Positions 19,901 to 35,428 of a stretch of 64,000 nt of DNA are shown in pieces (the first letter of the stretch is position 1; each line of letters opens with the position of its first letter). This DNA comes from the human T2T-CHM13v2.0 reference genome, Homo sapiens. Location: assembly GCF_009914755.1 (NCBI RefSeq), contig NC_060937.1. The stretch is one strand, 5' to 3'. A program made the position numbers and the translations under genes. The notes under the pieces are model-generated. The model saw nothing but the letters and a program-made list of their open reading frames with translations, was not told the origin of the DNA and ran no database searches.

Positions 19901-20416
19901 TCAATAGTTTTACTTGCTGTAGATCTATTCATATTTTCTATTTCTTCGTGAATCACTTTTGATTTGCGTTTTTCTAGAAATGTGTCCATTTCCTCTAGGT
20001 TATCTAATTTGTTAGCACACAATTGGGTACAGTATTCTAATTCTTTTTATTTCTGAAAGCTGGGTAGTGATGTCTCCTCTTTCATTCCTGATTTTAGTAT
20101 TTGAGTCTCCTCTTTTTTTTCCTGGTCAGTACAGCCAAAAGTTTGTGAATTTTGTTGATCTTCTCAAAGAAACAATTTTGGGTTATTTTTATTTTCTCTT
20201 TTTTAATTTTCTATTTCATTTATTTCCTTTTAGTCTTCTTTCTCTTTTTCTTCCTTTCTCTTTCTTTCTTGCTTTCTTTCTTTCAGCTTGTTGTGGATTT
20301 AGTTTGCCCTTCTTTCTTTAGTATCTAAGGAAGTAGGTTATTGATTTCTTCTTTTCTAATTGATAAGGACAGCTCTAAGTGTCCCTATGAGCATTGCTAT
20401 CACTGCTATCCCATAA

Positions 20417-20669
<253 letters not shown>

Positions 20670-21654
20670 TAGCCAGGATGGTCTTGATCTCCTGACCTTG
20701 TGATCCGCCCACCTCGGCCTCCCAATATGCTGGGATTACAGGCATGAGCCACCGCACCCGGCTCAAAGTATTTTCTAATTTCTCTTGTGATTTTTTTCAA
20801 TATAGAGAAGGGGTCTCACTCTGTCTGTCACCCAGGTTGGAATGCAGTGGTGCGATCATTGCTCACTGTAACTTTGAATTCCTGGGCTCAAAGGATCCTC
20901 CCACCTCAGCCTTCCAAAGCACTGTGATTAGAGACATGAGGCACCGTGCCAAGCCATCTTGTGATTTCTTCTTTGACGCACTTGTTATTTAGGAGTATGC
21001 AGTTTAATCTCTTGTGAATTTCTCAAATTTCCTTTTGTTCTTGATTTCTAATTTTATTCTGTTGTGGTCAGAGAACATACTTTGTTGGTTTCAATCCTTT
21101 AAAATTGACTGAAGCTTGTTTTACAGCCTAACATATGGTCTATCCTGGAGAATGTTCCATATTCACTTGAGGAAAATGTTTACTCTGCTGCTTTTGGGTG
21201 GAGTGTCTTACACTTGTCTTGTAGGTGTAGTTGGTTTATCTTATTCTTTGTCTTCCATTTATTATTGATCTATCTAGTTATCCTATCCGTTACTGAAAGG
21301 TGGGAACAGAAGTCTCAAACTATTTTTGTTGAATTATCTATTTCTCCCTTAATTCTGTCAGGTTTTGCTTTATGTATTTTGGTGCTGTTAGGCACATGTG
21401 TTTAAAACTGTTCTATCTTCCTGATTGAATTTTTTATTATAAAAATGTCCTCTTTATCTCTAATGACATTTTTTGTCTTAAAATCTATTTTGTCTAAAAT
21501 TAAGAGAGCCATTCCACCTGCTTTTGTTTTTTTGTCTTTTTGAGATGGAGTCTTGCTCCGTCACCCAGGCTGGAGTGCAGTGGCACCATCTCGGCTCATT
21601 ACAGCCTCTGCCTCCCAGGTTCAAACAGTTCTCGTATCTCAGCCTCCCAGGTAA

Positions 21655-21816
<162 letters not shown>

Positions 21817-21985
21817 TAGCTAAAGTTTGTATTTTTAGTAAAAACGGGTTTTCTCTATGTTGGCCAGGCTGCGTATCTGCTTTTGAATACTGTTTGCATG
21901 GTGTGTCTTTTTCTATCCTTTTACTTTCAACCTATTTGTGTTCTAAGAAAAATCATTTAACTTAGAAATGAAATCTTTCTGCTAA

Positions 21986-22207
<222 letters not shown>

Positions 22208-22567
22208 TAGTAGAGACGGGGTTTTACCGTGTTAGCCAGGATGGTCTCCATCTCCTGACCTCGTGATCCGCCTGCCTTGGCCTCCCAAAGTGCTGGGATT
22301 ATAGGCGTGAGCCACTGCACCCGGCCTCTGCTAAGTATATTTTTATTTCAGGTATTAAAATGCAACAAATGATTTTTAAAAATCCATTTACCACTTTTAA
22401 ATGAAAACAACATCAAGAAAAGGTATTTTTATTTTCTCCAACTCTTAACCAGTCTTTGATTTAACTGATAAGGATTTATTCTTCAAAATCAGATGTGATT
22501 TTTAAGAATATCATCTTCAAAATTAAGTACCATCTAATGGTCCACCATTCTGTTTCTGTCAAATCAG

Positions 22568-22675
22568 CAGAGGAAAGAAATTCCTAAGGGAACACTGCTC
22601 AGAAAGTACTGCAGCATGTCTTCAAATGCCTGAGGATCAAGTTGGAAAACTAGAAGCAACAGAAAACACAATAAG
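22568..22675 (+). other. IPO5: IPO5 exon 3 (108 nt; tandem CAGCAG acceptor)
   Basis: ttctgtttctgtcaaatcag|CAG acceptor and ATAAG|gtaact donor. Confidence 0.85.
22626..22675 (+). CDS. IPO5: N-terminal extension of long importin-5 isoform ([17 protein letters not shown]...)
   Basis: ATG 22626, 16 codons plus AG; splicing to CGCA at 29537 gives S-A then the in-frame ATG 29541; matches the long isoform N-terminus as I recall it. Confidence 0.8.
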
Positions 22676-22679
22676 GTAA

Positions 22680-22856
<177 letters not shown>

Positions 22857-22924
22857 TAAATGTCAATGTACAAAGTATGTAGGACACCTATGTGTAGCTA
22901 GTTGGCTATTTTATTCTCCAGCAA

Positions 22925-23570
<646 letters not shown>

Positions 23571-25834
23571 TGAAAGCCAGAAATAGCCTTTAATAGCTCT
23601 GTGATAATCAAATCAAACTTGATTTTTTTCTTAACCACAATTATGATGCATTCCTGTAACATGACCACTTATATAATGAGAATATAAAAATGCAATAGTC
23701 TAACAGGTAGATGTCCAATCAAAATTAAAGTTACAAATTTTAGAGGTTGCAATCTGTATTAGCAATCACAGCCACTATCTATTAAGCATTTACTCTGTGC
23801 CCGGCACTACTGCCAGGTATTTTAATCAGTAGTAAAAAATACTTCTATTACACCCATTTCAGAGAAGAAGAAACTGGGCTTGAGACAGGTTACCTTGGGC
23901 AAGATCACACAGCATGTAGGCTGTGAAGCTATCATTTGAACTTGCACATTGGCCGGCTCTGGAGCCTCTGCTCCCAGCCTCCCTAAAATGAGTCCCTCCA
24001 TCTGCAGATATCCACTGAATCTCAAATATAAAACTAAGAAAGGGCGCAAAAGAAAACAATCAAGTCAAAATTTCCCTGCCTGTGTTCCATTCCACAATTT
24101 ACTGAGGGCCTATTGTGCACAGTGTCCTTCAGGATTGTTAGGGTCCCACTTGCCCCTGGCTGAGGTGCACTGACTGTATGTAACAGACTGCTTCAGAGCA
24201 GGAACTTGAAAGTTTTGATAAAAAGCAGTTGAAAAAAATGTGAATATTTCAGCATATTTTCAATAATTTTTCAACCATTCAAACTTTTTTTGCTGGCTCT
24301 TATCTAGGCAACAGAAAACATCAGTATTAGAGTCAGAAATCTTACTTATCAGCCAAGTGTCTATTGAATATCTGTAATCCATTCCATACACTATTTCACT
24401 CTGCACAATTGGGAGACTAATAGAAAATACGCAAGTAGATTTTATATAAACACAAATGTGATGCACATGACTATGCATCAGCTGCAGCCTTAAGAGTAAT
24501 TACTTGTTTAAGGCCAGGCGCGGTGGCTCAAGCCTGTAACCCCAGCACTTTGGGAGGCCGAGGTAGGAGGATCGCTTGAGCCCAGGAGTTCAAGACTGTC
24601 CTGGGCAATATAGCAAGACCCCATCTCTAAAAAAACAAACAAAAAGAGTAATTACTTGTTTAAGGTCACATTTAACTCCCAAATCCATCTTACTAATAAA
24701 AGAGATAATTATTGAGTATCTACTTATGCAGACACCATACTATGTGAATTTACATATATTATCCTAACTTTCAAAACACTCCTATGAAGAACTATCATTC
24801 CAATTTTACAGATGAGAAAACAAAGCCAGCATTCTTTTTCATTGTACCAGGTTAATTATTAACAAAAATAATAATGCCATCAGCTTACATTGGTGTAGTT
24901 ACAGATTATAACACTTTGATTTATACCATCTAAATTGACCCTCATAATAAATTGTGATATCAAGAGCATAGCGCTTACAACTACCAAGATAAGGAGTCAT
25001 AGAGACCCGAGACAACTTAAAACAAAATTAGATTATTCACTTGGGAGAATCTTATGTTATTTGCATTCAGCACTCTGCAAACCAGAAAGGGCAGACAAAA
25101 CCAAATTCTATCCCAGCTGAGAAAAGCTTTCACAGAGGTCTTACAAGCCTAACTTCTCCAACCTTCTCCCACTTCCAGAACACTCCCATCAACATGGGAG
25201 CCCATAAAACTAAGAGCAGTAGTGGGAGAGATTCTGATGCTCTCTAGTTAAGGAGCCTGGTCTCCTGCAGTATTACAAATAGGTCATGCCCAGGCTGTGC
25301 AGTACTTCCTAACAGCAAAAATCCTAAACTACCTAGATTTCAAGTAGCAGTTGAGAGAGACTTTGTTTTCTTTCCCCCAACCTCACCCTTTTCGTAAAGG
25401 GTTGCAAATGCTCCAAGCAAATTTGCCTCCAGCACTTAATGGAAGTAGTGCCAAGTCTAATAAACTGCAAGGGAAAGGAGCTGGCCATTCACAAGATAAA
25501 CCACTAAGTACATTACTTCGGGGCAGTTTTGTTTTTGTTTTTTTATTTTAATGCGGCCAAAGCAATGGCAGCGAATACGGAGTAAGCAAAACTCAAAGTT
25601 TTCTATCCTTGCATTTTTACTTCCAATTATAAGTTAATGCTAGAAGAACTTTTATGATTAATAATATACTTTTTATTATCCCCATTTTATAGATGAGAAA
25701 TTGAGGCTTAGCGACATTAAGCACTCAAGGTTACACAGCTAGTAAGAGACTAAAGATACAAATCCCCTAGACTCAAGTTCAAGGCTCTTTACCTTCCACC
25801 ATTTGATCTCCTTGGGAAATAAATAAATCTATAA

Positions 25835-26209
<375 letters not shown>

Positions 26210-27147
26210 TGATACTCTTATAAACAATAAGGACACTGTCTATGGGAAATGGGCTTCTAAGTGCAGTAAACTTCCCAGAAGGCTGAGCATTATAAACTCT
26301 TCAAAATGGCAAGCCTGCTACCGAAAATACAGTCCCCACTTAGGAGGTTTTCTGGACACCAGAACCAGTCTCCATTGTCAGGACATCTGCTATCTACCCC
26401 AAGTTTACTGGAATTTCTCCCATTTTGGGTGGCGGGGTGGTCTCTTCATTCATTAACCTTAAAATTCTTCTCCTTCCCTTTTGATTGGATATTTAAAATG
26501 TTAAAATAAGGCTGGGCTGTGATTTCGTGTTCTAGCAGTTGATGTCACCACTAATACAAAATTGTTTTGTTTTTAGCCTGCCTGAAATAATCTTAGGTTT
26601 ACGCTTTGCCTCGTTAAAAAACAAGCTCCTAGCCGGGTGTGGTGGCGGAGGCCTGTAATCCTAGCACTTTGGGAGGCCAAAGTGGGAGGATCGCCCGAAC
26701 TCAGGAGTTTGAGACCAGCCTGGGTAACAGGAAGACCCCATCTCTACCAAAACTGGAAACATTAGCCAGGTGTGGTGGCTTGTGCCTGCAGACCAGCTAG
26801 TTGGAAGGGCTGAGGTGGGAGGATCGCTGGAGCCCAAGAAGTGGCGGCTGCAGTGAGATCACACCACTGCTCTCCACCCTGGGCAACAGAGTGAGACTCT
26901 GTCTCAAAATAATAATAATAACAATAATAATAATAGTAACAAATATCTGCAAACTTGATTGGAATTTCTATTATTTAGTAACTATTAAGCAAATATATGT
27001 AACCTACAGACTCATTGCCAATAGAAACACATATCGCAACAGGTGTTAAAAAGTAACTGGAGATCGGGCCATGCCCCAAGCAGCCTCTAAGCAATTTATC
27101 ATATTTCACTGTTAACCTAGTCATTTGAATGAGTTGTTTTTGTCTGA

Positions 27148-27741
<594 letters not shown>

Positions 27742-27923
27742 TAGAATCCTTTAGAAAAAAATCTTGGCTGGCCATCCCAATTGCACGTGGATCCCAGGGC
27801 TCAGCCCAGATTCTAAACACAGTGGCCAAGATTTAAAATCATTCACCAAAGAGCAAATGTTTTGACTTTCAAAGAGCAGAACTGCAGCAGAATAGCCAAC
27901 AGGAAATTAAATTCCCTAAGTTA

Positions 27924-28307
<384 letters not shown>

Positions 28308-29121
28308 CTAGGCGACAGAGCAAGGCTTCCACTGACACCCTTAGCCCAATGTATTGGATACAACAGGGTCTCAACAAAAGTACCCTCTGATTTGTACACT
28401 GCTCTCTGCCTTTGGCAGCCCCAGGAGTTAAAGAACATCGCGTGTATTATCTGCGCATTAGAATGCTGAAATTGAAATTACGCCTCTAGGTTCCTAGACT
28501 GAGATTGAGATAATCAGCCCTGTAAACCAGGGCTCCTTTAGGAAGAAAGGTGTCTCTCTTGACGTTCCCCAATCATTGCGAGAACAGAATCCCTAAACAA
28601 GGGATTCAAGGGAACAGTCACAGATCCTGGGGTGGGGGCATGTTTGCTACGTGTACATCCGAAGACGACCGCGGGCTGGGGACGGGCGGCCTGGCGGGAC
28701 AGCCCGGGGCTGAGTAACCCCTCTTCCGGGCAAGCCCCAGGCGTGAGTCACTGGAGAGCGCGACGGGAGGAAGGGGCGCCCTGAGTCCACAGCCCTGGGG
28801 GAGGTCGGAGGGTCTGAAAGCGAGAAGTCCGTGAGTAGAAGGTACGTAGGAAGTGGGTCTAAAGGGACTGCCTTCCTGGGGGTGGGTGAAGGGCTGGATC
28901 CCAGGGAGCGAGGGACCAAAGGGGTGGGGCCTGCTCCAGCGGCCACGGGGAGGGGCCGGGGGTCGCTAGAAGGAGGCCGACCAGCCCGCGGCGCCGAAAT
29001 CTCCCGCGCTCAGCAGCTGGCCCCTCCTCCCCGGCCAGGCCTCAGGCCCCTTGCCGCGGCCGGGCCCGCCGGCCGGCTCCTCCCGCTGTCCCCGCGACGC
29101 AGCCCTGGCCCCAGCCCAGGC

Positions 29122-29170
29122 CTCGACCTCGACCTCAACCCCGACCCCGACCCCGATCCCAGCCCTGGCC
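29122..29170. repeat. Degenerate hexamer repeat C(C/T)CGAC in the CpG island
   Basis: ctcgac ctcgac ctcaac cccgac cccgac cccgat cccagc cctggc. Confidence 0.85.
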
Positions 29171-29540
29171 CGGCTGCGAAGCCGCCAGCCTACCCAACCG
29201 GCGTACAGCCGGCGGCCCCCGATGCGCGGCCACTGACGGCACCGCAGGGTGCGTGGCCAATCAGCGCGGCCCCCGAGGAGGCGTCCTCGGCCCCGCCCCC
29301 CTGCGCCCAAGGCCAGTGAGGCGCCGGCGCCGGCGGCCGCGGCGGGGTGAGAGGCCGCGAGGCCCCGCCCCGTCCTCCCCTTTCCCCTTTGCCCCGCCCT
29401 TCCCGCGCGGCCCCCCGCAAGCCCCGCGCCGCCGCTGGTGCCGGTCCCCGCGCTGGGCCCGCCCCCGCCCCTCCCGCGGCCCGCGAGCGCGCCTCACGGC
29501 TCCTGTCTCCCCTCCCTCCTTCTCTCTCACGCCTAGCGCA

Positions 29541-29630
29541 ATGGCGGCGGCCGCGGCGGAGCAGCAACAGTTCTACCTGCTCCTGGGAAACCTGCTCAGC
29601 CCCGACAATGTGGTCCGGAAACAGGCAGAG
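29541..29630 (+). CDS. IPO5: Importin-5 coding exon, [30 protein letters not shown] (acceptor at 29537)
   Basis: Recognised IPO5 N-terminus; Kozak gcaATGG; donor GAG|gtaacc; 90 nt. Confidence 0.98.
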
Positions 29631-32600
29631 GTAACCGAGTTCGCCGCCCCAGTCTTCGCGCCCTGGCCGGCGCGCCGACCCTTTACCGACGCCAGCCGCA
29701 CCGGGCCTCGGCCGGTCCGCGGCGGCCGCGCAGGCTGGGCCCGGCGGGCGGCGGCCGCGCAGCCCACGTGTGAGGCGGCCCGCGGCTCCCGGTCGTGCCC
29801 CCGGGCTTTTCCGGCCATTGCTGCCGCGGCGCCTGGCACCAGTTACCTCCCCGCCGCCGCTCGCACCCACGTGCGGCCGCTCCCGACGCGCCCCCGTCCA
29901 GGTGTGGGGTGCCGGGCGGGCCCCGGGCCCCAACTTCGCTGGCCACCCCGCTTCCCAGCTCCCCGCTTGCCCCTTTCCCGCTTTCTCCCAGTGGGAGCCC
30001 CCACTGCCCTTCCAGCCGCTGTCTCCACCCAGCCTAGCGCTGTGGGTCTCCCAAACCCTGGCTGCTACCTGACCCGTCACGCCTGCTTCTACCCCTGCTC
30101 ATCTCCCACACCGTCTGTCCCTCTCTTTTTAAATATGTGCCCTGCCTTGTCCCTACTGCCTTTTTCCATTTAGTTCTTTCTCATTCTAGTTCCTAACATC
30201 AGAAGCCAGATTTCCCTACCCCCTCCCACCTCCAGTTTTGTGAAGTTGCCTTTAGGGTTTCTTTCTATGCAGTTTCCACCTTACTCTGGGCTTATAATAC
30301 ACTTACTCTGCTCTTCAGACAAATTTTCTTTGCTCTCTAGAGAATCGTGGGATAAATGGGATGTAGTGGGACTTCCGTTGTTTAACTGGGCCAGTACCAT
30401 ATGTTTAAGTCTTCAACTTCATTAAATCTAACCGTAATCTCTTTTTTTCAAACCACCTCTTGTTCCTGGCCTCCAAAATGTGGAGAGACTTTCAAGTGAC
30501 AGTATTTTAAATATATCTGTAAGCTCATTTACCAAGTTCACTAGAAGACTGATGTTACATTTTCAGCGTTGAGACCACGAGTCTTGTGGGATACTTCCAG
30601 GGGAGGGAGAAACTTTCCAGTTTCTTAGCTGACCGCCAAACTTGGTTATATATGGGGTTTTTGCAACCATGCGATTGTAGAGTTTCATAAGATTAAGTGA
30701 AGGATGTTCAGCCAGATATTTTTAAATAACAAAAATTAATTTTACATATAGCCAATGAAATTGACTGCAAGTCCTCTTCTGAACTCAGGCCTGAAGACTT
30801 TTCCAGGTGTCTTTGAAACGACGGTGGTAATCGTTGTTTTGAATAGATGGTGGATATGCTGGTTACACTTAGGGGTTTTATATTAAGTGAAGTAAACACA
30901 CCCAAAATTCGGTTCTATGTGAAAAAGCATTTTCTACTATTCACTTCATTAAGTTTTTATTTATTATACATGTAATACATGTTCAGGGTAAAAATTCAAA
31001 CAGTGAATCGTTTCTTATCCCGTTTCCCAAAGGTGACCGCTTGTGTCGTGAATCTTCGCTGAAAATTTAACATACACATTCATTTTTTACTTAATGGGCT
31101 TATAATACTATTTACACTATTTTGCAACTTGAATTTTTCACTCTATATTTCACATTGCCTCATAAGTGAGGTTTTGGTCAGCTATAGATTATACATCATA
31201 TGGATAGATATTTATATAAGCAACCCTCTATGAAATGGATATTGCGGTTTCCAGTGACCTGCTCTTTTAAAAATAGTACTATGCGCAGGAGTACATGTAT
31301 ACCTATCTTTGCATACTTTGCCAGGTTTGCTTGTAGAATACTGAAAAGTAGCATTTGTTCCTAGAAGTGATATGCATGTATTGCACCAGTTTGCCTTGGG
31401 GATATGATGATGCTTTAAAAAAAAAAATTAATGCTTTCTGGTAACTCTTGAGATAATTTTTCGCCAAAATAACTTTTTAATCCCAGCATGAAAATAATAG
31501 AAATTTTCATGTGTTACAAAGCAGAACAGCATTGTAATTAGTAAGCTAGTTTAATTCTCTCTGTTCCCTCCAGTTGCTTAAGTCTCTATTGTCAAGCCTA
31601 GTGGGGAATCTCTCTTCTATTGAACTAAATATCAGTGTCTGGTTTAGCTTGAATTCCAATTGGTGCCTGTTGTAAATCTTTTATCACTTACATCACTTTG
31701 GGGATAGTTATCAGCATTCAGCACATTTTCTCATAAAGAACAATTGGAAATAAGTACTGTTATTCTCTTAGTCTCTTTATTCCTAGTGAAAACATTCAGA
31801 TACTAGGTTTTTACTTTCTTTGTATATCCTGAGAATGTATTAATATGTAAACTAAGTACTGTGATACAGAATTTTCTAATTTGACCTCCAAAAAAGTAAA
31901 TGTTAAGAGAAGCTCTCTGGTGCCATAGAATGCCCCTTTCTTTTTTGCCTAATGAAATAAGCGTTTTATAAGAGATCAAATGAAATAAAATTAGCATTAA
32001 GTCTGATACAGCAAATATAGAAATATTTTCTATGAACTGAAAAATTGGCCAGGGCTCAGTAAATATCTTTGTAATTTACTCATTCAAAATAAAAATACTT
32101 AGTCGACACATAAATACCAAACTGTTGACTAAGGTGACTTTTGTATTCAAATATGGTTATATATTTGGTTGAAATCATTGAAGAGACGTCAAAACTCTAA
32201 AAAGTTAAAACTTTTTTCGTCGTATATGCCATTTAGTAGGCTTTATAGTTTATTTCTATTTTTAAAAATCTGTAAGGATATTTCTCTTTAACTTTATAGA
32301 AAATGTTTCTCATTTGAAGAAACGTATGTGAATGTCCCTGAGTCTCAGAATACAATAACGTGAATAAACCATTGAATAAATAGTTGACAAGTAGTGCAAA
32401 GTACAGTATTCATGGTATTTATCACTAGACATTTTTATATGACATAAGCTTAAGTATTTATTAATCATATGCATGGATTTTATTTTCTTACTAAGGTTCT
32501 CCATACAGAATTTGTTCCTCATTGACTCTAATAGAGAATTTCATTGAGTGTTTTTTGTAGAGACAGGGTCTTGCTGTGTTGCCCAGGCTGGTCTTGAACT

Positions 32601-33510
32601 CCTGGCCTCAAGTGATCCTCCCATCTCCCAAAGTGTTGGAATTACAGGCATGAGCCACCACACCCAGCCCATTGTTGAGATTTCAATAGACAGAGGATAA
32701 CATTGAAAAATATACCTGATTGTTGAGGAACCAGGGTGTTAATAGATAAAAGTCATGTGTCCCCTCTTTTACTTTTCCTCATACAAGGTAGGCTCACTAT
32801 AAATATTTATGGAATGAGATGAGTACATATGAGCATTTCTTCTTCGTGGGCAGGGAAGAGGCGGAGGAGAAGTCTTTGCATTGTGTAAATTGTATAAGGT
32901 GGAATCAAATCAAATTGAAATTTTGTTTGCCACAACTGGTAACATTCACTGAACCTAACTGGACTAGTGCTAGGAATAGTATTAGAAACAGTCTTTATAA
33001 TTCTTATACACTAATATGCTACGTACTTAGATACAAAGATAAAAAGTTACCATCCCTGTCTGTGTGGAACTTAGACTGTTTAACCATTATCCTTGACCAT
33101 TGTGATGGTATTGATGTAATACTATATTTGGATTACCACAGTGGAACATATCACATGGAGAGAACCCTCTCTCAACAGACATCATCTGTCACTCGTACTA
33201 AACTCTCCCACCATTGGCTTCTAATTCATTATGGAGTAGAGTTTAATATTTGGCCCAATGTTAAGTTGGGTCAATTGTTAAGTCTACTAGAGTTAGCATA
33301 GTCACACCAACAGTTCCGCCTGGGCAAGAGTAGGGAGCCTCAGGATTTATATTAGGTTTTCTGACAGTGATAGCCTAGTAGAGAAGTTTATGGCTGGGCG
33401 CGGTGGCTCATGACTGTAATCCCAGCACTTTGGGAGGCCGAGGCAGGTGGATCACGAGGTCGGGAGTTCAAGACCAGCCTGGCCAAGATGGTGAAATCCC
33501 ATCTCTACTA

Positions 33511-33663
<153 letters not shown>

Positions 33664-35347
33664 CTATCTCAAAAAAAAAAAAAAAAAAAGTTTTTGCAAA
33701 AACTTGATTTAGACCACTGAAAATTTAAGTGTTAAACATTGATCACATTACCAGTGTTTAAGTGGCTAAGCTGGGTGCTTTTTATTGTATAGTGAGATAC
33801 TTTTTAAATGAAAACATACTACTGGTATAAGGAGTTGCTTTGGTAAATATTAAGTGAAAAGTCTCAAAGGTACATAACCATTTTTGCATTCAGCTTGTGA
33901 ATATCTTTACATAAATTATCTCTTCTGGATAAATAAATTCAAACCATCTTCTCTCCTCGGCTGTGAATACTTTTTGGCACAGTTTTCAGCATTGTTAAGA
34001 TCCTATGTGCTTTTTACTAGAATGGGAACTTGAGGTTATCAGAAGATCTTGAATTCTCCTTTCCCCCAAAATCTGTTCTTCCCCAGACAGATATGTTTGA
34101 AAAGTTTGAAACCTGTGTAGCACTGCATAAATAGAACTGGTTGTTTAATGAAGTGAAACAGAGCTTTCAGTACCAGAGAGATTTTGAATATGGTTGGCCT
34201 TAGAGGACCAGAGTTCTGTCTGCTATTCATTGTCTATGATCTTAGGCAAGTCATTAACTTATAAGCCTTTATTTCCTTATCTGTTAATATCTCATGGATG
34301 CCATGGGGCACTTAGTAAAAGGTTTAAGCTAGATGTGGATTCAAAATAGCCTTGTTTTTCCTCCCTTGTCACTTTGTTCCAGAGAAGCCACGTATAGAGG
34401 TATGGTAGCAATGAGAGCAGGTAAGCTCTAAAGAAATCAATGTTACCCACATTAGACTCAACTCTAAATTGCTAGATAAGAATGGATTATCTATTTACTA
34501 AGAGGCTTCTTAGAGTAAGCAATTCCAAGTGTACTTAAATTGATTTCTTTTCCACAGTGAACAAATACCATCAGAATTCTTGCATATGAATCTGCACTTC
34601 TCTGGACAGCATATAGTTGGTTCTTGTTTTTTAATCTGTTCTGATCATCTGTCTTTTAATTGGTGTCAACTTTTTATTGTTAACCAATTTGTTGTGATTT
34701 TACATTATTAGCAGAGGATAGAGTGTCCTGAGTCACAAACCTCTTGCTAATAGATCTACAAAAGACGATAAAGCCTCCTGGCCGAATTTATCCTGACCAC
34801 ATTCATTTATCTATGTAGTAAGGTTTTAGTATGATCCTTGCTTGGAAGAAAATGTAGCATAAAGGATTTGAATACTTTGTTTCTCTGACTTACTTCCAGG
34901 TGTGTGTCTGGTGGTTCTAAGCAGTGGTAATTTGAACCAGTTGTACATCATCCAGTCTAAAAATGTTAACGAAACAGTTTCTCATGATGTAAGGTGATTT
35001 TAAGTGAGCCCTAAAGTTTGCAGCACAATGGCTTAAGTCACATTTGGCAATTTTTTGGCCCTCTTAGGCCTTGAGTTTTGTTAACCAGGGAGCATAAGTT
35101 GGGAAAACATGCACACACATTAGAAACATTTGTTTAAGAGATATATGTAGAAAGGAACTTGAAAAGTAACCCTTTGGACATCTCTTCCCTAACATATCTG
35201 AAGTGTATTTCATGTCACAGAAGGTGTTAACACCAGACCTAGATTAAATAATTTCTCATGCATCCTTCCCACTGTTTATTTCTTTCACTGGTTTACTCAT
35301 GAAGTTTCCTAACATTCTTTCCTAACCATTTTTTTTTTTCCATGCAG

Positions 35348-35428
35348 GAAACCTATGAGAATATCCCAGGCCAGTCAAAGATCACATTCCTCTTACAAGC
35401 CATCAGAAATACAACAGCTGCTGAAGAG
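35348..35428 (+). CDS. IPO5: Importin-5 exon [27 protein letters not shown]
   Basis: cag|GAA ... GAG|gtacta; 81 nt, frame continuous. Confidence 0.97.

Larger units (their letters stand above)
28650..30090. promoter_or_regulatory. IPO5: CpG island / proximal IPO5 promoter
   Basis: Very high GC and CpG density; CCAAT 29257-29261 (GGCCAATCAG), GC boxes at 29291, 29363, 29393, 29462; TGAGTCA 28744-28750; CACGTG 29765-29770 and 29868-29873. Confidence 0.92.

Noticed and set aside
29190-30080. 296-aa antisense ORF and other overlapping ORFs in the island
   Set aside because: GC-rich low-complexity translations with no recognisable domain
29253-30173. 306-aa ORF in frame with the IPO5 ATG, running through the intron
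   Set aside because: Only the 30 exon codons are IPO5; the remainder is Arg/Pro/Ala-rich, as expected from stop-codon depletion in a CpG island, and the listed start is GTG
32819-33301. 160-aa intronic ORF with ATG start
   Set aside because: No recognisable homology, domain or splice support; consistent with chance, although a BLAST and Ribo-seq check was not possible
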